DNA of 64,000 nt, taken from positions 672,001-736,000 of the forward strand of contig CAVVUN010000015.1 of assembly GCA_963751455.1 (NCBI GenBank), in the 5' to 3' direction. The stretch's first letter is position 1. Each line of letters begins with the position of its first letter. The translations under genes and the position numbers were made by a program. The DNA is from Nitrospirota bacterium (GTDB lineage: Bacteria; Nitrospirota; UBA9217). This document shows positions 20,955 through 31,465 of this stretch, one piece after another. The notes below the pieces were generated by a model. It did no database searches. It saw nothing but the letters and a program-made list of their open reading frames with translations, and was not told the DNA's origin.

Positions 20955-21713
20955 TTACCCGAACAGGTTCCCGGTTGCGGTGTCCTTGTCCCGCTTTTCC
21001 GTCACTGCCTTCATGATCCGGATTGCGCCGAATTGTTCAACCTGTACGGCTTTCACGACCCGGGTTTTGACCAGTTCGAGAAGCGCCAGGAAGGTGGCGA
21101 TCACCTGCGCTTTGGTCGTGCTGCCCTCGAACAGGTCGGCAAAAACCAGGCTGTCCGAGAGCTCGAGCCGGGAAAGGATCTGGGAAATCTTCTCGGTGAT
21201 GGAGACCGCCTCGGCCGTAATCTCGAACCCGGCATCCGGCACCCGCGCCATCACGTCCTTGAGCGCGGCGAGAAGGTCGAACAGGTGAAAATCGAAGAGC
21301 AGGGGTTCATCGTCAGCCGGTATGTCGGGCGCAGCCTCGGCCGCGCGTGTATAGATTCTGGACCAGGTCTCTTCCTTGTGCTCCAGGGAGGAAGCTGCCT
21401 CTTTGAAGCTCTTATACTCGAGCAGCCTGCGAATAAGCTCGGCATGAGGATCGACGCCTTCTTCATCGCCTTCAGGGTTTTCCGGCGGAGGAAGGAGCAT
21501 TCTTGACTTGATGTGCGTGAGTGTGGACGCCATCACAAGGAATTCACCTGCGATTTCCATGTCCAGGCTTTTCATGAGTTCGAGGTATTCAAGATACTGT
21601 TGAGTGATGTCTGCGATAGGGATGGAGTAAATATCGAGTTCGTGCTTCTTGATGAGATGCAGCAGAAGGTCCATGGGGCCTTCGAAGATCTCAAGTTTGA
21701 TCTGATAGGACAT
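20955..21713 (-). CDS. scpA: Kleisin ScpA
   Basis: FEGPMDLLLHLIKK.ELDIY.IPIA.IT.QYL, IKSRMLLP, FLALLELVK. Confidence 0.95.
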   Translation of the reverse strand: MSYQIKLEIFEGPMDLLLHLIKKHELDIYSIPIADITQQYLEYLELMKSLDMEIAGEFLVMASTLTHIKSRMLLPPPENPEGDEEGVDPHAELIRRLLEYKSFKEAASSLEHKEETWSRIYTRAAEAAPDIPADDEPLLFDFHLFDLLAALKDVMARVPDAGFEITAEAVSITEKISQILSRLELSDSLVFADLFEGSTTKAQVIATFLALLELVKTRVVKAVQVEQFGAIRIMKAVTEKRDKDTATGNLFG

Positions 21714-21812
21714 CTGTTCTGAAGCCCCTCCCTGGGGCCGAATCGCGCGACTGGCCGTGAAAAAAGTATTATAGAAAATTAGCGTTATTTGCCCGAAAAG
21801 TCAAGAGGAAAG

Positions 21813-21953
21813 GTTGCGGATGAGGTGCGAATGCGGATTTCGGAGTGCGGAGTGCGGAGTGAAAACCAGTACCGCGAGCGCTAGCCTTATAGATTAATTT
21901 GTACAGCTTTTAATGTTTCAGTTCCGAATTCCGAACTCCGCATTCCGCACTCG
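21813..21953. repeat. Inverted heptamer repeat element (TGCGGAG type)
   Basis: tgcggat ttcggag tgcggag tgcggag mirrored by ttccgaa ttccgaa ctccgca ttccgca. Confidence 0.75.
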
Positions 21954-21991
21954 ATTAGTTTGGTATAATGGTTTTACAGGAGGGGAGCTTG

Positions 21992-22993
21992 ATGCTGTCC
22001 GGAAACGGAATGTACACAGAAAAAGAGCTTTTGCGCCTGGTCCGGAAATGGGTACCGCGGGAACGGGTGCCGAAGCGCATTCGGGTAAAGGACACGGGCG
22101 ATTTTTTCCGGGTGGATTACGACGACGTGGTCATGCTCGCCGGAGTCCCGTATTTTGTGCGCAACAACGAACGAGAGGGCCGGTTCGGGCTCGACGACGA
22201 GCAGAAGTTCTGGGTAAAGCGAGCCCGGAACCTGCTGACCGGCGATGTTAAAATCCTGAAGTGGGTGTTCAAGGAGCGTTTCCAGTCCAAAATCGGAAAC
22301 CTGGTTTTCGAATGCGTCCGCAGCCCCCAGAAAGAGGCGCGGATCCTCGAACTGGTCAGGGGCAGGCCGGACTTCATGCAGGGGGAGACGGTATTGGATT
22401 CGGCCGGGAACGAGCTGCGGATCCTGGACTTTATAAAAGGCTTGACCCTGGACCGGGTCACGCTGGAAACCGGCAGGGACCACGAGGATTTCTTTTTTAA
22501 CCACTTTCCCGGCCTGCTTGACGAGTTCGTCAGGGTCGTCGAGGCCATTCGGTTCCTGCACGGGAATGACGAAAAGCACGGGGATATACGCCGGGACCAT
22601 CTGATCAAGGACGCCTCGACCGGCCAATACAGATGGATAGACTTCGACTTCAACTACTGGCACGGCGAGAGCCGTTTTGCATACGATCTCTTTGGCCTCG
22701 GCAACATCCTGCTCTTTATCACGGGGCGGGGCGACATTACAACGCACCGGCTGTACCGGGAAAATCCGGAGATGCTTCAACGGCTCACGGAAAACGATCT
22801 CAATATCGTTTTCCGAAACCGGGTCAATAACCTGAAGAAGATCTATCCGTACATCCCTGAATCGCTGAACCGGGTGCTGATGCATTTTTCTGTCGGCTCG
22901 TATGTTTATTACGAAGAAACGCAGGAGCTGCTGGAAGACCTGGGACGGGCGAGGGAGGACATCATTTCGGATTGCGGAGTGCGGAGTGAATAA
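21992..22993 (+). CDS. Protein kinase-like fold protein
   Basis: VKILK, EARIL, HGDIRRDH catalytic loop, WIDFD, DLFGLG. Confidence 0.7.
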   Translation: MLSGNGMYTEKELLRLVRKWVPRERVPKRIRVKDTGDFFRVDYDDVVMLAGVPYFVRNNEREGRFGLDDEQKFWVKRARNLLTGDVKILKWVFKERFQSKIGNLVFECVRSPQKEARILELVRGRPDFMQGETVLDSAGNELRILDFIKGLTLDRVTLETGRDHEDFFFNHFPGLLDEFVRVVEAIRFLHGNDEKHGDIRRDHLIKDASTGQYRWIDFDFNYWHGESRFAYDLFGLGNILLFITGRGDITTHRLYRENPEMLQRLTENDLNIVFRNRVNNLKKIYPYIPESLNRVLMHFSVGSYVYYEETQELLEDLGRAREDIISDCGVRSE

Positions 22994-23183
22994 ACCTAAA
23001 AACGGCAGTTGAACGCGGATAAACGCAGAAACGGCGGATAAGTCGAAGACTTAGAGTCGAAGCGAAAAGTCCAGGTGGGTGCTGGTTTTTTATTAAGAAG
23101 GTCATTTTTATTATGTTTATCTAATGTTATCCGATTTTTCCGTGTCCGAATGCTCTTTTTACATAACGGAAAGGAGCACCACG

Positions 23184-23660
23184 ATGAAAACAGACAGCAA
23201 TGACACCGTAAAAGACAAGCACCTCCTGATTGCGGTGGACGAGTCAGAAAGTTCGCGCCGGGCGGTGCTGTATGTGGCGGATATTCTCGGCGGTTTTCCG
23301 GGGTTCAAGGCCACGCTTCTGAGAATTGTGCCTGAGCCGGAAGAGGATTTCTTCGATACCGAGGCCGATATGACCGCCTGGATGAAGGAGAAGATTGAGG
23401 CGTCCAACAAAATGCTTGAGAACTACCGCCAGATACTCATACAGTCCGGTTTTGCCCCGGAAAAGGTCCGGTATCGATCCTGCGTTGGAGAAGCACGGTC
23501 ACTGGCCGAAGCGATCCTCGAAACCCGGTGCGATCTTACCTGCTGCACCGTGGTCGTCGGCCGGCATCACAAGTCGAAGACCGAAGAGTTCCTCTTCGGA
23601 AGCACGTCGAGCAAACTGATCCATGAAGCGAAAAACTGCGCGGTCTGGGTAGTGGAATAA
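23184..23660 (+). CDS. Universal stress protein
   Basis: LLIAVDESESS..AV.Y, VVVGR, LFGSTSSKLIH...CAVWVV. Confidence 0.92.
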   Translation: MKTDSNDTVKDKHLLIAVDESESSRRAVLYVADILGGFPGFKATLLRIVPEPEEDFFDTEADMTAWMKEKIEASNKMLENYRQILIQSGFAPEKVRYRSCVGEARSLAEAILETRCDLTCCTVVVGRHHKSKTEEFLFGSTSSKLIHEAKNCAVWVVE

Positions 23661-24166
23661 TGAACGATGTGCGCATTCCAGGGTGAGCAAGATTGCTTCG
23701 CTGCGCGCAACGACGGTGCGCGGCTTGGCAACAGCAGTGTATGTGCGTTTAGGCGCTTACGCCTATAACATCGACAAAAGATTGTCGATCTTTAAAAAGA
23801 ATTTAATGCAAAAACAGGATTATATTGCGCTCGCAAAGGAAGGCCAAAGCGCCGGGTTTAAAACCAGACTTAAAGCTACTTTACGAACCAACATCTTGAG
23901 TTTTTAGTCGAGTCAAAACCAAAACAAAATTTTCACACAAAGCCACGAAGCCACAAAGAAGAAAACTGATTTTTTGTCTTTCGATTTTTGGTCTTTCTCC
24001 GTGTCTTAGTGGCTTCGTGTGAGATCGTTTTAAGGTTTTACTTTTGCTTTATTGGTCTGAGGCGTAACCTCATAAAAGTTTTCTTTGCGTTCTTTGCGGC
24101 TTTGCGAGAGACGCCTTTTAGATTTTGTCTTTTGGTTCCGGCTTGTCCGGGTTAGGAGGTTGAACA

Positions 24167-24721
24167 ATGACAGATCATGTCTGTCCCTGGTGGCTGGCGT
24201 ATACGTTCGATAACCCGTTGCGCCGGTTTCTGCACGATCCGGTAAAACTCCTTTCTCCCCATGTTAGGGAAGGAATGACAGTAGCCGATATCGGGTGCGG
24301 CATGGGTTACTTCTCAATTGCAATGGCGGAGATGGTCGGGGACCGGGGAAAAGTGATTGCCGCTGATCTTCAGCAGGAGATGCTCGATATCATGCAGAAG
24401 CGGGCAGTGAAAAAGGGCATGATATCCCGTATCCGCCCTGTTCTCGCATCAGAGAACCACATCAACATCAACGAACCGGTCGATTTCGTTCTTGCCTTCT
24501 GGATGGTCCACGAGGCCGGCGACATCCCTCGCTTGTTTTCGGAGGTTTCCTCGATCCTGAAAGACCCGGGAAGGTTTCTCATTGCAGAACCGAAAATGCA
24601 CGTTAGCCGCCACGCGTTCGAGCGGACGCTGGAATATGCCAAAATTGCGAACTTCAGAATAGTCGAAGCACCGCGCGTAGGCATCAGCCGGGCGGTTGTG
24701 CTGTCGAAGAAACGAGAATAA
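24167..24721 (+). CDS. Class I SAM-dependent methyltransferase
   Basis: VADIGCGMGYF, DLQQEML, FWMVHE. Confidence 0.88.
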   Translation: MTDHVCPWWLAYTFDNPLRRFLHDPVKLLSPHVREGMTVADIGCGMGYFSIAMAEMVGDRGKVIAADLQQEMLDIMQKRAVKKGMISRIRPVLASENHININEPVDFVLAFWMVHEAGDIPRLFSEVSSILKDPGRFLIAEPKMHVSRHAFERTLEYAKIANFRIVEAPRVGISRAVVLSKKRE

Positions 24722-24925
24722 AAAGCAGGTTGAAAAGTTTTTGAGTCGTTGAAGAGGGGAGTTGTTCTGTCCTTGAGGAGCAGATCGAATACTGAAAACA
24801 TAAGCACCTCTTATCAGCATGCGCCAAAAGAGAGGCCACCGGCGCGGGGTTTTGAAACCCTGTTTTATTTCGCCCTTGTTTAACGCCCTTTTTCGATACA
24901 AAAATTATTCCAACCGCGTCTATCT

Positions 24926-24980
24926 TGACTAAATATGGTATTAGTTTTGTCTTGACAGCACAATATGTTGTGGCTATACT
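24926..24980 (+). promoter_or_regulatory. sigma70 promoter overlapped by tandem NrdR boxes
   Basis: TTGACA 24952-24957, 17-nt spacer, TATACT 24975-24980; gcacaatatgttgtgg (24958-24973) and tgactaaatatggtat (24926-24941) match acaCwAtATaTwGtgt and are 32 bp apart. Confidence 0.85.
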
Positions 24981-25168
24981 CCATACCAGTTTTTGATGAT
25001 TCTTAAGGTTCGATAACCGATTTAATCTGGATCACCTTCTTCTCGCTAATACAAATACAAGATTCCCGACAGGCGGTAAATCGTAATGATGGTCCGTTTG
25101 CTTTTCGACAGCTTCTTACAATCTTGTTCCCGTAATCAGAAGAATCAGCCGTTCAAGGATTAGACATC

Positions 25169-25204
25169 AATCAGGGCGAAATGCTCGCCCTGATTTTATT
25201 TTTC
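25169..25204 (+). terminator. Terminator-like hairpin in the nrdJ 5' leader
   Basis: aatcagggcga-aatgc-tcgccctgatt followed by ttatttttc. Confidence 0.6.
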
Positions 25205-25233
25205 TATTACTCACTATCTATTCGGGAGGCGTT

Positions 25234-27612
25234 ATGAAGAGCGCGGCATCCGTCTCTGCTTCAACAACCGGGAAGGGTCTCAACCTGTCCGAGAATTGCC
25301 TCAAGGTCCTCGAAAAGCGATACCTGAAGCGCAATGAAGACGGGACCGTTATCGAAACAGCAGTAGACATGTTCACCCGCGTGGCACGCACTATTGCCGA
25401 GGCGGACCGGGCCTACGGCAAAACCGCCGAGGACGCTGAGCGGACCGCCACGGAATTCTACCGCCTCATGACCTCCCTCGAGTTTCTCCCGAACAGTCCC
25501 ACGCTCATGAATGCGGGCCGCGAGCTCGGACAGCTTTCGGCCTGCTTCGTGCTGCCGGTGGGCGATTCCATGGACGAGATCTTCGAGTCCGTGAAGAACG
25601 CCGCGCTCATCCACAAATCAGGCGGGGGCACGGGCTTCTCCTTCTCGCGGATCCGTCCCCGGAACGATGTGGTCAAATCCACAAAGGGCGTTTCCTCGGG
25701 CCCGATCTCATTCATGACGGTGTTCGACGCGGCGACCGAGACGGTGAAGCAGGGCGGAACCCGCCGCGGCGCGAATATGGGCATCCTCCAGGTCGACCAC
25801 CCGGACATCCTCGACTTCATCACCTGCAAGCAGCAGAATGACCGGCTGAACAACTTCAATATTTCGGTGGCAATGACCGATACTTTCATGGAAGCCGTGG
25901 AGAACGACGGCGAGTATGAACTGGTTTCCCCCCGCGGCAAAGCCGTGGTCAAGCGGCTGAAAGCGCGGAAAGTCTTCGACACTATCGTGAACATGGCCTG
26001 GAAGAACGGCGATCCGGGCATTATCTTTCTCGACCGCATCAATCAGTACAATCCGACTCCGCACGTCGGCCGGGTAGAGTCTACGAACCCCTGCGGCGAG
26101 CAGCCGCTGCTGCCGTACGAGTCGTGTAACCTCGGCTCGATCAACCTCGCGAAGATGCTCGAGAAGCACGGCAAGACTATCGATTACGGCAAGCTGCGCA
26201 ATACCGTGCGCTCGGCGGTCCATTTCCTGGACAACGTTATCGACGCCAACCGGTACCCGATAGAAAAAATCAGCGAAATGACGCGGGCCAACCGCAAGAT
26301 AGGCCTCGGTGTGATGGGCTTCGCTGATATGCTCCTCGAGATGGGCGTTCCCTACAATTCCGAGGAAGCGGTGCGGACTGCGGAGAAGCTCATGAAATTC
26401 ATTACCGATGAAGGCCGGATCATGAGCCAGGAACTGGCGAAAGAGCGCGGCACGTTCCCCAACTTCAAGGGAAGCATCTACGACAAGCCCGGCATGCCTC
26501 CCGTAAGAAACGCAACGGTGACTACGATCGCCCCCACAGGCACGCTCTCAATCATTGCGGGCTGCTCAAGCGGGATAGAGCCGCTTTTCGGGCTAACCTT
26601 TATCCGGAAAGTGCTTGACGGCGCGGAATTGCTCGAAGTAAACCCGGTGTTCGAGCGGATTGCGAGCGAGCGGGGGTTCTATTCGGGCGACCTGATGAAA
26701 GAGATAGCAGAGCACGGCGGATGCACCGGTATTCCGACGGTCCCGGAGGACGTGCAGCAAATCTTCGTAACAGCTCACGATATAACCCCGGAATGGCATA
26801 TCCGCATGCAGGCGGCCTTCCAGAACCATACCGATAACGCGGTGTCCAAGACCGTGAACTTCCCGCATACCGCAGCGCAGAAGGACGTTGATAAAGTCTA
26901 TCTGCTGGCCTACAAACTCGGCTGCAAAGGCGTTACCATCTACCGTGACGGTTCACGCGACGAGCAAGTGCTTTCGACCGGCGCCACGGAGAAAGCGCGC
27001 AAAGCAGCGGCCGCTGCCCAGATCATGCTCTCGCAGGACGGCGCCTCGGCGGCCATTGAACCGGTTGAGGAGAAGAAGCCCCGGTACCGGCCTCTGCTTA
27101 CTCACGGTGTCACGCAAAAGATCCCTACCGGGTGTGGAAATCTTTACATTACGATCAACGAGGACGAGGAGGGCATCTGCGAGGTGTTCTCGACCATGGG
27201 CAAGTCCGGCGGATGCGCAGCCAGCCAGTCCGAGGCGGTCAGCCGCATGGTATCGCTGGCGCTCCGGTCCGGCATTTCCCTGGAGGCAATCATCAAGCAG
27301 GTAAAAGGTATACGCTGTCCCTCCCCGGCGTGGGGCGAGGGCGGGTCCATCCTGTCCTGCCCGGACGCAATCGGCAGGGCGCTCGAGCGCTATTCCAAGG
27401 ACGGCGTTAATGACCGTCGCCAGAACAAGCCCAGGAGTTCCGTTGGCGTTGCCGATCAGCCGACCGTCCCGTATGGTTCATCGGACTGCGTAAAGGGCGG
27501 CAACAAGAACCATCTGGGACTCTGCCCGGAATGCCCGGACTGTGGCGGCCTTCTTGAGTTCGGCGAAGGCTGCGCTTTCTGCAGGGGCTGCGGGTTCTCG
27601 AAGTGCGGTTAA
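25234..27612 (+). CDS. nrdJ: Class II (AdoCbl-dependent) ribonucleotide reductase with C-terminal TSCPD/Zn-ribbon domain
   Basis: [27 protein letters not shown]...[29 protein letters not shown] and terminal CxxC pairs. Confidence 0.95.
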   Translation: MKSAASVSASTTGKGLNLSENCLKVLEKRYLKRNEDGTVIETAVDMFTRVARTIAEADRAYGKTAEDAERTATEFYRLMTSLEFLPNSPTLMNAGRELGQLSACFVLPVGDSMDEIFESVKNAALIHKSGGGTGFSFSRIRPRNDVVKSTKGVSSGPISFMTVFDAATETVKQGGTRRGANMGILQVDHPDILDFITCKQQNDRLNNFNISVAMTDTFMEAVENDGEYELVSPRGKAVVKRLKARKVFDTIVNMAWKNGDPGIIFLDRINQYNPTPHVGRVESTNPCGEQPLLPYESCNLGSINLAKMLEKHGKTIDYGKLRNTVRSAVHFLDNVIDANRYPIEKISEMTRANRKIGLGVMGFADMLLEMGVPYNSEEAVRTAEKLMKFITDEGRIMSQELAKERGTFPNFKGSIYDKPGMPPVRNATVTTIAPTGTLSIIAGCSSGIEPLFGLTFIRKVLDGAELLEVNPVFERIASERGFYSGDLMKEIAEHGGCTGIPTVPEDVQQIFVTAHDITPEWHIRMQAAFQNHTDNAVSKTVNFPHTAAQKDVDKVYLLAYKLGCKGVTIYRDGSRDEQVLSTGATEKARKAAAAAQIMLSQDGASAAIEPVEEKKPRYRPLLTHGVTQKIPTGCGNLYITINEDEEGICEVFSTMGKSGGCAASQSEAVSRMVSLALRSGISLEAIIKQVKGIRCPSPAWGEGGSILSCPDAIGRALERYSKDGVNDRRQNKPRSSVGVADQPTVPYGSSDCVKGGNKNHLGLCPECPDCGGLLEFGEGCAFCRGCGFSKCG

Positions 27613-27784
27613 ACGCTTCACTCAAATATTTTCTGATTTAAGGTGAAAGAATCACGAATTTTGTTGTGAGCAAGAGTGTCTTCGGTTTATAATTGGAGCC
27701 GACGTTATGAAAACCGGGGGTTAGGGTGATCCTCTTCTGCACCATTTTCAAAACCAGGCAATATTATAAAACACGTTAACAAAA

Positions 27785-27811
27785 AGAGCCGGAATTTTTC
27801 CGGCTTTTTTA
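27785..27811. terminator. Bidirectional intrinsic terminator
   Basis: A-tract, agccggaa-ttt-ttccggct stem, T-tract. Confidence 0.7.
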
Positions 27812-27863
27812 TTTAAGTCTATAGTATTATCAAAATAAGCCATTGAATTAAAAGGAGAAATGG

Positions 27864-28055
27864 ATGAGGCTTGAAGAGGTTATTTTTGAACTGTACCGTA
27901 TTGCCGAAACGAGAAAGTGGGACGGAAAGAAGACGGATGAAGCGATCTCCTCCGCCATAGAAAGCATGGAGAAGATCTGGGAACTTCAGCAGGCGGATAA
28001 AAGGAAGAGCGCCATGGTCAAAGCGAATAAAAAACAGCCGCGCACCTGGTGCTAG
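27864..28055 (+). CDS. Small hypothetical protein
   Basis: AAAGGAG RBS, 63-aa helical composition. Confidence 0.55.
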   Translation: MRLEEVIFELYRIAETRKWDGKKTDEAISSAIESMEKIWELQQADKRKSAMVKANKKQPRTWC

Positions 28056-28234
28056 CAGAGCGCAAAAAATTGAGTCTGCAGGTAAAAAAACTTGACATTT
28101 GATTAATATGATTCTAAATTAATGCTGTCCTTGTCCTGTATTTTAAAACAATTTCGAACCAGGTTCGCAGTTCACCGTACCATCATCCAAGGCCCGGATA
28201 TCGGGTTATAGCTTAATCAAGGAGGGGGACTCGT

Positions 28235-28600
28235 ATGGGTATTGAAAGGATTGTACAGTACGAATGCAGGGTGTGCGGCAGGAAGATAGATGTGACCAGG
28301 ACCGGCGAGGTATATGAAGAACCGGTATATTGCTGTGGTCTGGAGACGGCAGAGGCCGTAGTACCGACGCCTCCCGCTGAACCGGCACCGGCGGTACGGA
28401 AACCGGCGAGGAAGAAACCCGCCAAAAAGAAGGCTGCGAAAAAGAAGGCCAAAAAAGCGGTCAAGAAAAAAGCTGGAAAGAAAGCGGTAAAAAAGAAAGC
28501 AACCAAGAAGAAAGCCACCAAGAAGAAGGCCACCAAGAAAAAAGCCACTAAAAAGAAGGCATCGAAGAAAAAGGCTGCGAAAAAGAGCAAAAGACGCTAG
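28235..28600 (+). CDS. Histone H1-like Lys/Ala-rich protein with N-terminal desulforedoxin-like Cys motif
   Basis: YECRVCG-x14-CCG, Pro linker, KKA(T/A/V)K pentapeptide repeats; AAGGAGG RBS; TTGACA-17-TAAATT at 28092-28120; terminator 28618-28647. Confidence 0.8.
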   Translation: MGIERIVQYECRVCGRKIDVTRTGEVYEEPVYCCGLETAEAVVPTPPAEPAPAVRKPARKKPAKKKAAKKKAKKAVKKKAGKKAVKKKATKKKATKKKATKKKATKKKASKKKAAKKSKRR

Positions 28601-28720
28601 GATATTGTTATCTTCGAGGCACCTGGAAATTTCCGGGTGCCTTTTTTATTTGCTCCGGTTCCTACAACCGAGTCCATTTTTACTGTTGACTTCCCCAATT
28701 CCAGGCATTAGGATTTTCCC

Positions 28721-29554
28721 ATGAACAATACACCAAATGGAGAGCGCCGCATCCGCAGGCTGGCCGGCCGTGCCATCGGTGACTTCCGGCTTGTCGAGAA
28801 CCATGACCGGATCCTCGTTGCGTTGTCGGGCGGCAAGGACAGTTGGACACTGCTTCATATCCTGCATACTCTGCAAAAACGGGCCCCGGTTGCCTTCTCT
28901 CTTACCGTAGTCACGGTCCACCCCGGCTTTCCCGGTTTTAAGACGGGACTCATCGAAGAATATCTTGAGGCGCATGGGTTCGAGTACCGGGTTGTTCACG
29001 CTCCTATCCACACGCTCATGCTCGAAAAGCTGACGCCGGACGATACGCCTTGTACGCTTTGCGCCAGAATAAAACGCGGCGTGTTGTATACCCAGGCGCG
29101 GGAACTGGACTGCACAAAAGTGGCGCTTGGCCACCACCGGGATGATTTCATCGAGACGCTGCTCCTGAACCAGTTCTATAACGGCAGAATCAAAGCAATG
29201 TCTCCGCTGCTTCGGGCCGATGACGGGCGTACAGTCGTAATCCGGCCTCTTGTGTACGTTCGGGAGGAAGACATTATTCGCTATGCTGCGGACGCGCAAT
29301 TCCCGATTGCGTGCTGCGCCTGCCCGGCCTGCGGCGATCCCGATATGAAACGGATAAAAATAAAAAACCTTCTTGCGGTGCTTGACCGTGAGCAGCCGGG
29401 TATAAAGGCAAGCCTCCTTGCAGCCCTGTCACACATAGACCATCGTCATCTCTTCCCCGAGCGCGGGAACGGGTCCCCTGAGCGTCATGAACACGCGGCA
29501 GAGGGCAGCCGCGCACGGTTTTTTTCTGAAAGTTCAAAGGGGGATTTATCCTGA
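28721..29554 (+). CDS. ttcA: tRNA 2-thiocytidine(32) synthetase
   Basis: PP-loop ALSGGKDS, CTLC.RIKRG.LY, ALGHHRDD..ETLLLN, VIRPL, CxxC. Confidence 0.9.
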   Translation: MNNTPNGERRIRRLAGRAIGDFRLVENHDRILVALSGGKDSWTLLHILHTLQKRAPVAFSLTVVTVHPGFPGFKTGLIEEYLEAHGFEYRVVHAPIHTLMLEKLTPDDTPCTLCARIKRGVLYTQARELDCTKVALGHHRDDFIETLLLNQFYNGRIKAMSPLLRADDGRTVVIRPLVYVREEDIIRYAADAQFPIACCACPACGDPDMKRIKIKNLLAVLDREQPGIKASLLAALSHIDHRHLFPERGNGSPERHEHAAEGSRARFFSESSKGDLS

Positions 29555-29751
29555 AAAAAGCAGTTGGACACGGATAAAATCTGATCAACACGGATTTATA
29601 GGAAGTTACGAACAGTAATGGATTCACCCAAAAGGCGAGATGGCTTTTTGCTCTATCACATTGTTTTGATCCGCTGTTTCCGTGTTCATCCGTGTTCAAA
29701 TGCCGTTTTTAGGTTTATAGAACCACTCTCACCCGCAATCCGAACTTTCCG

Positions 29752-29781
29752 TTGACATCTCCGAGGAATGAAGCATATAAT
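29752..29781 (+). promoter_or_regulatory. sigma70 promoter
   Basis: TTGACA-18-TATAAT upstream of the gene at 29864. Confidence 0.7.
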
Positions 29782-29863
29782 CGCATGACAGAGAGAAATG
29801 GTTCACCGACGCACTGCAATTTGACGCAGTAAGCATTTAAACTGCTTTGACCAGGAGGCCTCT

Positions 29864-30562
29864 ATGGCCGAGACCAAAAAGCTCGGGGAGCTTTTGAAGG
29901 AAGCAGGATTGATCGACGATTACCAACTGCAGTCGGCTCTTGCACACCAGCGCAATTGGGGCGGAAAATTGGGCTCCGTTCTTGTTGAAATGGGTTTCGT
30001 TCGCGAACCGGACGTAGCGCAGGTGCTGGCGGAAAAGTTCAGGATGCCGTACGCTGATCTTTTCGAGCCTGAAATCCCGCTGTCCACGATCAGGCTGATC
30101 AAACCGGATGTGGCCAAAAAATACAACGTTATACCGGTCAAAAAGGAAAGCACCGGACTTATTGTCGCCATGGCCGACCCGCTCGACATTGATGTCGTCG
30201 ACGCAATTCGTTTTGCAACCGGGCTAAAAATTAAACCGGCTCTCGCCCTTGAATCGGAGATCAGGGACGCCATTGCGAAATATTATGAGGGCAAGGCGAT
30301 CTCTCGGAAGCCGTCCGTCCCGGTGCTGGAGATGGCGCAGAACGCGCTGTCAGAACGAGAGCCCCCCGGCGGTGTGGAGCCCTCTCATGCCGGGAATGCG
30401 GATCCGGAAGCTAAGGCGTCAGCCGGCGAAAAATCCGAGGAGCCTGCGTCTCAGGACTATAAGGTCCGGGTGGACGCGCTCGTCAATCTCCTGATTGAGA
30501 AGGGGCTCATAAAACGTGAAGAATTTATGGCACGGATCTCCGGTGAAAAAATCGGACAGTGA
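29864..30562 (+). CDS. Stand-alone MshEN/T2SSE_N domain protein (putative c-di-GMP receptor)
   Basis: KLGELLKEAGLI...QL..AL..Q...KLGSVLVEMGFV, AMADPLD; no ATPase domain. Confidence 0.82.
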   Translation: MAETKKLGELLKEAGLIDDYQLQSALAHQRNWGGKLGSVLVEMGFVREPDVAQVLAEKFRMPYADLFEPEIPLSTIRLIKPDVAKKYNVIPVKKESTGLIVAMADPLDIDVVDAIRFATGLKIKPALALESEIRDAIAKYYEGKAISRKPSVPVLEMAQNALSEREPPGGVEPSHAGNADPEAKASAGEKSEEPASQDYKVRVDALVNLLIEKGLIKREEFMARISGEKIGQ

Positions 30563-30627
30563 AGAGCGCTCATGAAAAATACCGGATGTTATCGCAATAG
30601 GGATTTCGATTCAAAAGGGGTATCGCA

Positions 30628-31023
30628 ATGCTTAAAATAGCGGTTGCAGTTCTGTGTACGGCGCTGCTGGCAGCAGGCGGGTTGTCGGCCGAAGATCTCG
30701 GGGGTGGACCGAAGATCGTTGTAAAAGAAACGCGCTTCGATCTGGGAAATGTCCAGGAGGGCTCGCAGGCGACGCATACCTTCGAGTTCCGGAACGCCGG
30801 CAACCAGACTCTGGTGATCGAGCGGATCCAGCCCTCCTGAGGGTGTACTGCCGCGGTGATTAGTTCTAATCGCCTGGAACCGGGAGCAGCGGGTCAGATC
30901 AAGGCATCCGTCGATACAGCGGGCAGAGCCGGACATCTGGAAAAACATATAGCAGTATATTCCAATGACAGGCAGACGCCCGTGGTTACCCTTTCATTGA
31001 GTATGACTATCCTGCAAAAGTAA
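30628..31023 (+). CDS. DUF1573 exported protein with in-frame TGA, probable selenoprotein (S-U-G-C-T)
   Basis: FEFRNAGNQTLVIERIQPS-TGA(30838)-GCTAAVISSNRLEPG...IAVYSND..TP, ending at TAA 31021-31023; SECIS-like hairpin at 30855-30874. Confidence 0.85.
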
Positions 31024-31465
31024 CCCGGAAAAGCATTGAGCCTGGGAGGAAATGCAGAGCTACGGCATTTCCTGCCTGGCAAGCGATCCGGGCGGAAAAG
31101 ACGATTTCCGTCTTCGAGGCCCCTGCCGCACTATTTCCTTGACAATTTTCTTCGGCTTGTGCTAACCTTTAGCCGTTTTTGGCCTGACTTGTCCCGGCAG
31201 CTATCTGAAGAGGAGTACGCGAAGCGTCTCGGCCAGGAACGGGGTCTTTCGGCGCCTGCCGTGGCCCGACCGAGTTTTAAGAAAAGAGGCAATACATACC
31301 TTGAAACAGCACAGACACCCGCAATACCCCAGCGACACGCCAACCCCGGGCATAGGTCCCGCCCCGGCGGGACTTTAATTTCTTCGCATACACTCAAGCG
31401 TCTTGATCTGTTCAGCTGTTACGTTAGATAATCCGATCGATTTCGTGATTTTGGAGGGAATATTC

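Noticed and set aside
24985-25233. Cobalamin riboswitch before nrdJ
   Set aside because: No recognisable B12-box or GGGAA/GCCACTG core; kept only as an unassigned structured leader
28213-28590. Phe-rich membrane ORF on the minus strand
   Set aside because: Antisense shadow of the Lys-rich repeat gene
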